A DNA stretch of 64,000 bases from Candidatus Latescibacterota bacterium (lineage in GTDB: Bacteria > Latescibacterota > UBA2968). The notes under the pieces are model-generated. The model was not told the DNA's origin. It made no database searches and worked only from the letters and a program-made list of their open reading frames with translations. The DNA lies in the NCBI GenBank assembly GCA_965208125.1, contig OZ242320.1:2624001-2688000 (forward strand), read 5' to 3'. The position numbers and the translations under genes were made by a program. This document shows, in pieces, positions 47,885 to 57,088 of this stretch (its first letter is position 1; every line of letters begins with the position of its first letter).

Positions 47885-47935
47885 GCGGATTATGGTGCTG
47901 TTTTATTAAAGTAAAGAGGAAGTGGAGAGATTACT

Positions 47936-48691
47936 ATGAATAACGGGCAGTGTCTGAATGAGCTACAAAAGGCCCTTGAGAATGATCTGCAACTCAGTGA
48001 AGTCTGGCAACGTACCAAAGAAGGCAAGTCTCCTACCAAAATAAAAGATGAATTGAAATTAGATAGAATTGGAGCTATTAGTAGGTTAATAAAGGCCATT
48101 GAGAAGGGTGACCTGCCCCAAAGTCCTTCGACAGCTAAACAGTGTAGAGGGGGATTACGAAGTTTCCTAAAACGACATCATGAGGACTTCTCAAAGGAGA
48201 CCATCCAGAAACTTGAGAAGCGGATTAAAGAATGCGATCGTCGGGCAAATAATCCCCAAGCCATAGAAGATGAAGACACCAAGGTGGAAAAAGAAACGAG
48301 CCAGGCGGTGGAATCCGGCGTCGCAGGGATCTACGTGTACACTTATCCTCACTACTACCGCCACTCGGTCGTTCAGGGAAAGGATGACGAGACTGATGAC
48401 CGGACATATCTGAAAATTGGGATGTCTGAAAAAGACGCTTTTAAGCGCGTTATGCAGCAGACGACAGGAATGCCTGAACGCCCAAGACTTCTACAAATCT
48501 GGGTGGTCGAAAACGATAGTGACCTGCGGGAAATTGAAAAGAAGATACATGACCATTTGCGTACGATTGGTCACAGTGGCCCCCACCAACGTAAAGAATG
48601 GTTCCTGACAAATGAACAGTCCGTAGCGTCAACCGCCAACCTTCTTGGCCTCAAGCTTCACTTTGAACTCAACCTGGAAACGGATGATTAG
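47936..48691 (+). CDS. GIY-YIG-superfamily nuclease (T5orf172/MUG113-like C-terminal domain)
   Basis: GIYVYTYP...YLKIGMS...R...EKKIHDHL...KEWF; base composition looks A-richer than flanking genes. Confidence 0.75.
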   Translation: MNNGQCLNELQKALENDLQLSEVWQRTKEGKSPTKIKDELKLDRIGAISRLIKAIEKGDLPQSPSTAKQCRGGLRSFLKRHHEDFSKETIQKLEKRIKECDRRANNPQAIEDEDTKVEKETSQAVESGVAGIYVYTYPHYYRHSVVQGKDDETDDRTYLKIGMSEKDAFKRVMQQTTGMPERPRLLQIWVVENDSDLREIEKKIHDHLRTIGHSGPHQRKEWFLTNEQSVASTANLLGLKLHFELNLETDD

Positions 48692-48771
48692 CAGGCTCTC
48701 GCATTGTGCCCTGAAGATTGTGATCAGGAGTCCTCAAATGGCTATCACCGACGGTGGGTCTCTTGTAAGAT

Positions 48772-49083
48772 ATGAATATTCTTGAAGGAATTTGTGAAAA
48801 GATACGAAGCGGTCAGTTTGAGTTCTCACAGCATGCTACTGATCAGAGTATTATTCGCCATATTAGCGTACAAGAACTGCGTGAAGCAATTGAAGGTAGT
48901 GAAGTGATTGAAGATTATCCCGACGACAAATACGGGCCGAGTTGCTTGATTCTCGGCTTCACAAAATCCAAGAGAACTTTGCATATTCAGTGTAGTTATC
49001 CATCAAGACCTTTGGTTAAAATCATTACACTTTATGAACCCGATCCTTCGCGATGGATTAATTTCAAAACAAGGAGAAAATAA
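48772..49083 (+). CDS. DUF4258-family protein (putative toxin)
   Basis: FEFSQHA...IEDYPDDKYGPSCLILG...LHIQCS...IITLYEPDP..W. Confidence 0.8.
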   Translation: MNILEGICEKIRSGQFEFSQHATDQSIIRHISVQELREAIEGSEVIEDYPDDKYGPSCLILGFTKSKRTLHIQCSYPSRPLVKIITLYEPDPSRWINFKTRRK

Positions 49084-49084
49084 A

Positions 49085-49321
49085 ATGTCTGATAATAAAG
49101 CGGTGCGTGAAACATTGGTTGAGATGAGCGTTACGTATAGTATTGAAGTCAATGGGCGGTTTGTTATCATTGAAGATGTTCCTGCTCGGGTCAATGTTGA
49201 GACGGGAGAAAGGTTCTTTTCTCCAGAGACTGTGGAATGTTTGCAACAGGCGGTTTGGGAACGATGTCAACCCGTTCGCACTATTGAAACACCTGTGTAT
49301 GATTATGCCGCATTGACATGA
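49085..49321 (+). CDS. YgiT-type partner protein (putative antitoxin, Zn-ligand-poor variant)
   Basis: VTYSIEVNGRFVIIEDVPARVNVETGERFFSPETVE; starts 1 nt after the DUF4258 stop. Confidence 0.75.
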   Translation: MSDNKAVRETLVEMSVTYSIEVNGRFVIIEDVPARVNVETGERFFSPETVECLQQAVWERCQPVRTIETPVYDYAALT

Positions 49322-49379
49322 CTATAGACTATTGATCTTTCCAAAAATTGCTAACATTTTTTGTTCTTAGTTTCATAGA

Positions 49380-49412
49380 CTGGATTGCGGCTAAAACCAT
49401 GCCGCAATGACA
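49380..49412 (-). repeat. TGTCATTGCGGC...GCCGCAATCCAG palindromic element, copy 2
   Basis: Reverse complement is tgtcattgcggcatggttttagccgcaatccag; arms identical to 19729-19762. Confidence 0.85.
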
Positions 49413-49487
49413 ATCAAAATTTTCTGAATTAAGCTAATAAAAAACTTTTTTACAGACCAATATTGTTTCAGTTTTCAGGATTTCAAC

Positions 49488-50258
49488 ATGCTTGTCGATT
49501 CACACGCACATTTGATGTTTCCACAGTTTCAGCAGGATCTGGACGATTTGCTCGCTCGGGCGCGTGCCGCGGGGGTGGGGCAGATTGTGAATGTGGGTAC
49601 AAATCTGGAGACGAGTCGGGCTGCTATTGATCTTGCCGAGGCACGGGCTGATGTGTTTGCTTCGGCGGGGTTTCATCCGTCGGATTCTGCAAAGGCGGAT
49701 GAAGCGGCTTTGAAAAAGTTGCCCGCGCTTTTGAAGCATCACAGGATTGTTGCGGTTGGCGAGACGGGGCTGGATTTTTATCGCGATTACGCGCCGCGCG
49801 AGGTTCAGGAACAGGCGTTTCGGGCACATATTCGCCTGGCGAGAGAGATGGGTTTGCCGCTGATTATTCACAGTCGGGGTGCTGAGACGCGCGTGTTAGA
49901 TGTATTGGAGGAAGAAGGCGGATCGGAAGTGGGCGGTGTGATGCACTGTTTTGGGGGGGATGTCGAAGGAGCCAAGCGTGCGGTTGATCTCAATTTTTAT
50001 CTGGGTTTTGGCGGTATTGTTACTTTCAAAAATTCGGGTGCGTTGAAGGTCGCATTGGATGTGCCCGCTGAGCGGTTGCTGTTGGAGACGGATTGTCCGT
50101 TTTTGGCACCGGCACCAAAGCGCGGCAAGCGCAATGAGCCGGCTTATGTGCGCTATGTTGCCGAGTTTCTGGCCGATGCTGGATGGGGGGATACTGGAGA
50201 TGTGTGTCGGCAGACGACGCAAAATGCTCAGGCTTTGTTTGGATTGGGATCAACGTGA
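49488..50258 (+). CDS. tatD: TatD-family nuclease
   Basis: DSHAHL, GFHP, VGETGLD, IIHSR, MHCF, LLETDCPFLAP...RNEP. Confidence 0.93.
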   Translation: MLVDSHAHLMFPQFQQDLDDLLARARAAGVGQIVNVGTNLETSRAAIDLAEARADVFASAGFHPSDSAKADEAALKKLPALLKHHRIVAVGETGLDFYRDYAPREVQEQAFRAHIRLAREMGLPLIIHSRGAETRVLDVLEEEGGSEVGGVMHCFGGDVEGAKRAVDLNFYLGFGGIVTFKNSGALKVALDVPAERLLLETDCPFLAPAPKRGKRNEPAYVRYVAEFLADAGWGDTGDVCRQTTQNAQALFGLGST

Positions 50259-51031
50259 AAACGAAGACGCGGCTGGGTCAGCATTTTCTCACAAATGGCG
50301 CAGCTATCGAGCGAATCGTAGAGGCTGCACAGATTGAAAGAGAGGATCTGGTCGTAGAAATTGGTCCTGGACGAGGTGCATTGACGGGCCTCTTGGTTGA
50401 GCGGGCAGATCAGGTGGTCGCTATTGAGATTGATGAGGCTTTGTGTGATCTGCTTTCTGATCGATTCGGTCCGCGGTTAAAAATTGTATCAGATGATGTG
50501 CGGCAGGTCAATTTGCCCGCGCTTGTTGAAACGTCAAAAAGAGAAAAGGCGGTTCTGGTGGGCAATTTGCCCTATCATATTACGGGTGCGCTCATCAGGC
50601 AAATTACGGATGCTCGAAGGGTTTGGAAACGCGCTGTGATTACAGTGCAGCGCGAGGTGGGGCAACGCATGATCGCTCCGCCGGGCAGTAAAATATATGG
50701 CGTGCTGTCGGTTGTTACACAGGTGCGATGTGTCGCAAAACGGTTGTTTGACCTGCCTCCCGCGCATTTTTATCCGCGACCCAAAGTGCACTCTTCTGTG
50801 TTGATGCTGGATTTTGAAGCGAATTCTGCTTATGATATTGTAGATGAAAGGCGTTTGTTTGGCGTGGTGCGCGCCGCATTTCAGCAGCGAAGAAAGATGG
50901 TGCGCAACGCACTATCTGGTGTGGTAGATGATGAGATTTTGATGGAGGCGAATATCGATGGCCGAGCGCGTCCCGAAACCATATCAATAGATGGGTTTGA
51001 ACGGATTTGCCGCGCATTGGCTATGCGATAG
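50255..51031 (+). CDS. rsmA: 16S rRNA dimethyladenosine transferase
   Basis: LGQHFL, VEIGPGRG, GNLPYHIT, FYPRPKVHS, FQQRRK; GTGA overlap with tatD. Confidence 0.93.
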   Translation: MKTKTRLGQHFLTNGAAIERIVEAAQIEREDLVVEIGPGRGALTGLLVERADQVVAIEIDEALCDLLSDRFGPRLKIVSDDVRQVNLPALVETSKREKAVLVGNLPYHITGALIRQITDARRVWKRAVITVQREVGQRMIAPPGSKIYGVLSVVTQVRCVAKRLFDLPPAHFYPRPKVHSSVLMLDFEANSAYDIVDERRLFGVVRAAFQQRRKMVRNALSGVVDDEILMEANIDGRARPETISIDGFERICRALAMR

Positions 51032-51052
51032 TTTTATAGAAAGGGATTTGTT

Positions 51053-51973
51053 ATGCCCATTCCAAAGTCAGATAAGATCTGGTTTAATGGGAATTTTGTG
51101 GGTTGGGACGATGCCAAAATTCACGTGCTGTCCCATGTGGTGCATTACGGTTCGAGTGTTTTTGAAGGGATACGGTGTTATCATACCGAAAGAGGACCGG
51201 CCTGTTTCAGGCTTCGAGATCATGTGAAGAGGCTCTACGATTCGGCCAAAATTTATCGTATGGAAATTCCCTATACGCAGGATGAAGTGGAAGCGGCCAT
51301 TTTGGAGACGATTCGCATTAATAAATTGCAAGCGTGCTATATTAGACCTGTGGTTTTTCGGGGTTTTGGCGAATTGGCTGTCAATCCAATGCCATGCCCA
51401 GTTGAGGTGGTGATCGCGGTGTGGGAATGGGGAAAGTACCTGGGGCCAGAAGCTCTGGAGAAAGGCGTGTCGGTTCGGTTTGCGTCGTGGAATCGTCTGG
51501 CGCCCAATACCATGCCTTCGCTTGCTAAGGTGGCGGCAAATTACATGAACGCGCAACTGATCAAGATGGAGGCGATGGCCGATGGCTATGCCGAGGGTAT
51601 TGCCCTGGATACACAGGGTTATGTGAGCGAAGGTAGCGGTGAGAATATTTTTATGGCGAAGAATGGACAGATTTACACGCCTTCTACCGAGTCGTCTATT
51701 TTGCCCGGTATTACGCGACATTCGGTTATTACACTGGCCCGAGATCTGGGACATACGGTGACGACGCGGCCGATTCCAAGAGAGTCCCTGTATATTGCCG
51801 ACGAGGTATTTTTTACGGGTAGTGCGGCAGAGATCACGCCGATTACGGCTATTGACCACATCAAAATTGGCTGTGGTTCTCGGGGCGGGATCACAAAGAA
51901 GTTGCAGGACGCCTTTTTTGCTGTTGTGGAAGGGCGTGCGGAAGATGAGCGCGGCTGGTTGACGTATGTTTGA
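51053..51973 (+). CDS. ilvE: Branched-chain amino acid aminotransferase
   Basis: [54 protein letters not shown]. Confidence 0.95.
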   Translation: MPIPKSDKIWFNGNFVGWDDAKIHVLSHVVHYGSSVFEGIRCYHTERGPACFRLRDHVKRLYDSAKIYRMEIPYTQDEVEAAILETIRINKLQACYIRPVVFRGFGELAVNPMPCPVEVVIAVWEWGKYLGPEALEKGVSVRFASWNRLAPNTMPSLAKVAANYMNAQLIKMEAMADGYAEGIALDTQGYVSEGSGENIFMAKNGQIYTPSTESSILPGITRHSVITLARDLGHTVTTRPIPRESLYIADEVFFTGSAAEITPITAIDHIKIGCGSRGGITKKLQDAFFAVVEGRAEDERGWLTYV

Positions 51974-51999
51974 TGAAGGCCCTTTAACTGCTGATTGCT

Positions 52000-52809
52000 A
52001 TGATGATAAATAAAAAAATTGCTGTTATTGGCGCAGGCAATATGGGAGGCGCGCTCATGGCCGGTTGGATTCGGTCGGGAGAGATCGCGCCTGAAAATAT
52101 CACGGCGGTGGATTTGATTGCTGAAGTATTGGATCAGAGAAAGCGCGAGTTGGGTGTCCAGATTGCAGCGGATGCGCGCGAAGTGGTGGGCGATCAGGAT
52201 ATTGTGGTGCTGGGTGTGAAGCCCCAGTTCTGGAAGCAAACTGTTGAGGGATTTCGGGATTTGTTACGCAGTGATCAGGTGATTATTTCCTTCATGGCGG
52301 GTGTGCGAATTGCGGCATTGGAAGCGGAATTAGGTTCTCTGCCCGTTATTCGCGTGATGCCCAATGTGCTGGCGCAGGTCGGTGCGGCGGGTTCGGGGAT
52401 TTGTGCTGGAGCACATGTGGGTGAAGATCACATGAGTCTGGTAATGTCTCTGTTCAACGCGGTTGGTGCGGCGGTCGTTGTTTCAGAATCACAGATGGAC
52501 GCGGTGACTGGTCTTGCGGGCAGTGGGCCTGCATATGTGTACGCGGTAATTGACGCGCTGGCAGATGGTGGGGTGCGGTCTGGTTTGCCAAAAGATATGG
52601 CGTTGACGCTGGCGACTCAGACTGTGCTGGGGGCTGCGCGTATGGTTGCCGAGAGCGGCGAACATCCGTCGATTTTGAAAGATCAGGTGACCTCGGCGGG
52701 CGGAACTACTATTGCGGGTTTGCACGCGCTGGAACAGGGCGGTTTGCGCGCGGCTTTGATGGATGCTGTTTTGGCTGCGACAGAGCGGTCGGGTGCATTG
52801 GGGGAATGA
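52000..52809 (+). CDS. proC: Pyrroline-5-carboxylate reductase
   Basis: IGAGNMG, VKPQ, RVMPN, GSGPAY, VTSAGGTTI. Confidence 0.95.
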   Translation: MMINKKIAVIGAGNMGGALMAGWIRSGEIAPENITAVDLIAEVLDQRKRELGVQIAADAREVVGDQDIVVLGVKPQFWKQTVEGFRDLLRSDQVIISFMAGVRIAALEAELGSLPVIRVMPNVLAQVGAAGSGICAGAHVGEDHMSLVMSLFNAVGAAVVVSESQMDAVTGLAGSGPAYVYAVIDALADGGVRSGLPKDMALTLATQTVLGAARMVAESGEHPSILKDQVTSAGGTTIAGLHALEQGGLRAALMDAVLAATERSGALGE

Positions 52810-52810
52810 G

Positions 52811-53413
52811 ATGATTGCGGTTGTCGATTATGGGATGGGAAATTTGCGGAGTGTTCAAAAGGCGTTTGAACACGTTGGGGCAAAGGCTGTTATTGTCGAT
52901 AGACCAGAGGATATCGATGCCGCCGAGCGCGTTGTGCTTCCCGGCGTGGGGGCATTTGGCGATGCGATGAACAATCTGAAAACCGCGGGGTTGATTGCGC
53001 CCATTGTAAGAGCTATTTCAGAAGGCCGACCCTTTTTGGGTATTTGTTTGGGGTTGCAATTGATGTTTGCCGAGAGTGAAGAAATGGGGCAGCACAGGGG
53101 GTTAGACATTTTGCCGGGAAAGGTGAAGCGTTTTCCCGAAGGGCAGCGCGTTCCGCAAATTGGGTGGAATGAAGTGCGAATTCAGCGCGAGACAGCACTT
53201 CTGCATGGCGTGCCCAACAGGTCTTATTTTTATTTTGTCCATTCTTTTTTTGTAGCGCCTGAGCGCGATGAAGATGTGGTAGGGGTGACGGATTACGGGA
53301 TTGATTATGCGTCAATTGCCGGAAATGATCGGGCTTTTGGCGTGCAGTTTCACCCCGAGAAAAGTCAGGATGCTGGCTTAAAAATTTTGAAGAATTTTGC
53401 GGAGAAGGTGTAG
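52811..53413 (+). CDS. hisH: Imidazole glycerol phosphate synthase, glutaminase subunit
   Basis: DYGMGNLRSV, LPGVGAF, GICLGLQ, YFVHS, QFHPEKS. Confidence 0.95.
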   Translation: MIAVVDYGMGNLRSVQKAFEHVGAKAVIVDRPEDIDAAERVVLPGVGAFGDAMNNLKTAGLIAPIVRAISEGRPFLGICLGLQLMFAESEEMGQHRGLDILPGKVKRFPEGQRVPQIGWNEVRIQRETALLHGVPNRSYFYFVHSFFVAPERDEDVVGVTDYGIDYASIAGNDRAFGVQFHPEKSQDAGLKILKNFAEKV

Positions 53414-53414
53414 G

Positions 53415-54212
53415 ATGCTGGCCAGGCGAATTATTCCGTGTTTAGATGTGAAAAACGGTCGCAATGTGCGCGGGGTCAAGTTTTCAGCAGATAAAGATGC
53501 TGGCGATCCCATTGAACTCGCGAAACGCTATGATGCAGAAGGTGCCGATGAACTGGTGTTTTACGATATTACGGCATCGGCTGAGAAGCGCGATATTGTT
53601 GCCGAACTCGTGCAGCGTGTGTCCGAAGAGGTGTTTATTCCCTTTACGGTTGGCGGGGGCGTTCGCACGTATTATGACATTCGCACAATTATCGAAGGGG
53701 GCGCGGAAAAAGCGTCGATCAATTCGGCTGCCATACACACGCCTGAAATTATTACTCAGGGGTCTGAGAGTTTTGGATCGCAGGCAATTGTGGGGTCAAT
53801 TGATGCAATTCGACGTCCGAATCTCGATCAAACAGAAGATGTGTACTGGGAAGTGGTTATCAATGGCGGGCGCACATATACTGGAAGAGATGCCCTCGAA
53901 TGGGCTGAGGAATTGGTGGATCTCGGCGCGGGCGAACTGGTTTTGAACAGCATTGATGCAGACGGTACAAAAGATGGATACGATATTGAATTGAATCGCA
54001 TGGTTGCCGAGCGCGTGGATGTACCGATTGTAGCGTCTGGTGGTGCTGGTGGGCCAGAGGATATGTACGCGGTGTTGTCCGAAGGCAAGGCGAGCGCGGC
54101 ACTGGCTGCGTCGATTTTTCACTACAATCAATACAGTATTGCGGAAGTCAAAACGTATCTCGCAGAACGCGGGGTCCCGGTGCGTCCCAAGATCGAGATT
54201 GATTTGACATGA
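53415..54212 (+). CDS. hisF: Imidazole glycerol phosphate synthase, cyclase subunit
   Basis: [51 protein letters not shown]. Confidence 0.96.
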   Translation: MLARRIIPCLDVKNGRNVRGVKFSADKDAGDPIELAKRYDAEGADELVFYDITASAEKRDIVAELVQRVSEEVFIPFTVGGGVRTYYDIRTIIEGGAEKASINSAAIHTPEIITQGSESFGSQAIVGSIDAIRRPNLDQTEDVYWEVVINGGRTYTGRDALEWAEELVDLGAGELVLNSIDADGTKDGYDIELNRMVAERVDVPIVASGGAGGPEDMYAVLSEGKASAALAASIFHYNQYSIAEVKTYLAERGVPVRPKIEIDLT

Positions 54213-55366
54213 GTGGGACAAAAGAACACGAAATTGATCGCAGAGCTTTGTTTGCCGATGTGCGGCGGGTGGTGGTAAAATTGGGTACGCGGGTTGTGAC
54301 GGCACATGGCAACACATTGAATCTTGAGGTGATTGAACGCCTGGCCGCCGATGTGGCGTGTTTGAAAGATCGCGGGTTACAGGTGGCAATTGTGACATCT
54401 GGAGCCGTTGGTGCCGGCATGGGGCAATTGGGGTTGAGTAATCGGCCGAGGCGTTTGGCCGATTTGCAAGCTACGGCTGCGGTAGGGCAGGGTTTGGTGA
54501 TGGATGCTTACAAACGGGCATTTGAAGCACACGGTATTCTGGTGGGGCAGGTGCTGTTGACATCGGACGATCTGGACAATCGCACGCGGTATGTGAATGC
54601 GCGCAATACACTATATCAATTGTTTCGATATGGTGTTGTGCCTGTTGTCAATGAGAACGATAGCGTGGCGGTGGAAGAATTGCAATTGTCCGTGGGCGAA
54701 AATGACCGCCTATCCGCGATGGTGTCACATCTGGTGGATGCGGACATGCTGGTGTTGTTGACCGATGTCGATGGGTTGTTTTCAAGTGATCCCGCAAAAG
54801 ACCCAAACGCGCAATTAGTTCGGTTTGTGCGCGGGATGCCCAAAGAACTCTACGCAAATGTGGGGTCTTCGGGGAGTGCGTTGGGGCGCGGGGGAATGCG
54901 CACAAAACTCAGGGCAGCCGAAGCTGTGATACAAGGTGGGCAGATGGCAGTGATTGCAAATGGATGTACAAACGGTTTGCGCGAAATTTTGGATGGAGCA
55001 GATTGCGGCACGTTATTTGGGGCGGATAATCGCAGTTTGAACAGCAGGGATTTGTGGTTGGCGCATTCCCGAAAGCAAGGAGGTGTGGTTGTAGATGATG
55101 GTGCAGTGGTTGCTTTGAGCGATAGAGGCAAAAGTTTGTTGCCTTCGGGTATTATCCGCGTTATTGGCGATTTTGAAGTTGGTGAACTCATTGGCGTTGA
55201 ATCGGAACAACGCGTTGAGATCGCGCGCGGTTTAACGCGATTTGACGCCGATGATGTGCGACGTATTCGCGGAAAAAAAACGCCAGAAGTTGCAGAAATT
55301 CTCGGGATCAACAATGGCGCGGTAGTTATCCATCGGGATGATATGGTGGTGTTAAATCGGAAGTAG
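54209..55366 (+). CDS. proB: Glutamate 5-kinase with PUA domain
   Basis: VVKLGT, TSGAV, AAVGQ, NENDSV, LTDVDGL, GGMRTK, SLLPSG, VIHRDD. Confidence 0.94.
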   Translation: MSGTKEHEIDRRALFADVRRVVVKLGTRVVTAHGNTLNLEVIERLAADVACLKDRGLQVAIVTSGAVGAGMGQLGLSNRPRRLADLQATAAVGQGLVMDAYKRAFEAHGILVGQVLLTSDDLDNRTRYVNARNTLYQLFRYGVVPVVNENDSVAVEELQLSVGENDRLSAMVSHLVDADMLVLLTDVDGLFSSDPAKDPNAQLVRFVRGMPKELYANVGSSGSALGRGGMRTKLRAAEAVIQGGQMAVIANGCTNGLREILDGADCGTLFGADNRSLNSRDLWLAHSRKQGGVVVDDGAVVALSDRGKSLLPSGIIRVIGDFEVGELIGVESEQRVEIARGLTRFDADDVRRIRGKKTPEVAEILGINNGAVVIHRDDMVVLNRK

Positions 55367-55398
55367 AACAACCGACAACTGACTTTGGAGATTGTGTT

Positions 55399-55767
55399 AT
55401 GCGCTCATTTTATCGGGGACAAAGTACGGTGTTGCCGGAAAATAGTCCGAGGTTACCGGGAAGTGCAAGGCGACGTCTGAATAGATTTTTGATATTTGCA
55501 CCCGTGGTGCTTTCCCTTTATTTGTTTTTTGCAGGAGATAGTGGGATTTTCCAACTCGTAATGCGCGAGCAGCAAATTGCCGCATTAGAACGGGAAATCG
55601 AAACTATTCGCCAACAGAATGCGATGCTGGAACGCGAGACAAAACTGCTGGAAAACAATTTGGGTGAAATTGAACGCATTGCTCGCGAGCGCTATGGCAT
55701 GGTGTATCCCAATGAATCGATTTATATGGTCTATCCCAATCCACCAACAACATTGGAGTCGCCGTGA
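55399..55767 (+). CDS. FtsB/DivIC-family septum formation initiator
   Basis: Single TM, coiled coil, IERIARERYGMVYPNE. Confidence 0.8.
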   Translation: MRSFYRGQSTVLPENSPRLPGSARRRLNRFLIFAPVVLSLYLFFAGDSGIFQLVMREQQIAALEREIETIRQQNAMLERETKLLENNLGEIERIARERYGMVYPNESIYMVYPNPPTTLESP

Positions 55768-56558
55768 TTTGCCATACCGATGGGTTGGTGTTGCGCGGTT
55801 TTCGCATGAGTGAAAGCAGCAAGGTTGTGGTACTGTTTTCTCGCGATTACGGCAAATTGCGTCTGGTCGCCAAAGGGGCGCGACGGCCCAAAAGTAAATT
55901 TGGTGCGAGCCTTGAACCCATGACCTGGGGGCGTTATGTTTTTTATCGGCAGGATAATCGAGAGTTACAAATATTGAGCGAAGGCGATATTGCACACGCT
56001 TTTGAACCGGTAAAACAACACTACGGTCGAATGGCAGCCGGAAGCGCGATATGCGAATTTCTGGATCATATTACCGAAGATGAAGACCGCAATCCACTTT
56101 TGTTTAGTATTGCACTTGAAGCGATGCAATGGGTAGGGAGCATTGCTGAAATAGCGCTGGATGTACCGGTGTGGTATTTCCAGATTCGCGCTGCGGGCGC
56201 GGTGGGGTATCGCCCCCATGTGAGTGGGTGTATTCAATGTGGTGCGCGGCTCCAGGGGCACCGCCTGGGGTTTAGCCCCGGTCTGGGCGGTACTCTGTGT
56301 GACAAGCACGCAGGAGCGGGCATGCGTGTGCAGTTCGAGACGGTAAATTTTATGGCTCATCTACAGGTGGGACGTTCCGACCGCATTGATCTTTCACTCT
56401 TGCGGGGTGTAAATCGCGCAGAGGTGACGCGAATATTGCGCGCATTTTTTGATCAACACATCGAATCGCGCTATCGCCCAAAGGCACTGGATTTTTTTGA
56501 ACGCTTAAGGGCAGCAGAATCTGCGGCGCCTTATCGCTCAGGGATACAGGATTTGTGA
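55764..56558 (+). CDS. recO: DNA repair protein RecO
   Basis: GLVLR...ESSKVV...GKLRLVAKGARRPKSKF; CIQC...LC Zn region. Confidence 0.9.
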   Translation: MICHTDGLVLRGFRMSESSKVVVLFSRDYGKLRLVAKGARRPKSKFGASLEPMTWGRYVFYRQDNRELQILSEGDIAHAFEPVKQHYGRMAAGSAICEFLDHITEDEDRNPLLFSIALEAMQWVGSIAEIALDVPVWYFQIRAAGAVGYRPHVSGCIQCGARLQGHRLGFSPGLGGTLCDKHAGAGMRVQFETVNFMAHLQVGRSDRIDLSLLRGVNRAEVTRILRAFFDQHIESRYRPKALDFFERLRAAESAAPYRSGIQDL

Positions 56559-57088
56559 TGAATCGATTTTTACAGCGATGGTTGGAGCGCGAAAAGCCAC
56601 TATTTCCCAAATTGCGCGCTATTCCACTATTTCGGGAACTGAACCGCCGGGAGTTGCAGACAGTGGTGCAACTTATAGAAATTCGCAAGTATTCAACAGG
56701 TGATGTTGTTTTTGAACAGAGTGCTCCGGGAGATGGGGTTTACGTGGTGTTAAAAGGATGTGTAGAAGTGGTTCAGAAGGATGGTGAAGACGGCGAGAAA
56801 GTGCTGCTTGCCCAATCTAAATCCGGTTCCTTTTTTGGTGAAACCGCACTTTTGGAAGATACGCCGAGAACGGCAGCAGCAGTGGCGGTAGAAGATACCA
56901 AATTGGCACTTTTCCCGCGAGACGCATTGTACCAGTTGGCGGAACAACGGCCGCATTTGGGGGTAAAAATTGCCATTCAACTTTCGCGGATTGTTGCGGA
57001 GCGATTGCGGCAAACCAATCACAGTTTGCAGGTTGCCCAAGATGAACTGGCGGAAAAACAAAAAGAGGACGGAGAAGACAAATTATGA
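56558..57088 (+). CDS. Stand-alone cyclic-nucleotide-binding domain protein
   Basis: IPLFREL, GDGVYVVLKGCVEV, FFGETALLEDTPRTAAA; no HTH. Confidence 0.85.
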   Translation: MNRFLQRWLEREKPLFPKLRAIPLFRELNRRELQTVVQLIEIRKYSTGDVVFEQSAPGDGVYVVLKGCVEVVQKDGEDGEKVLLAQSKSGSFFGETALLEDTPRTAAAVAVEDTKLALFPRDALYQLAEQRPHLGVKIAIQLSRIVAERLRQTNHSLQVAQDELAEKQKEDGEDKL

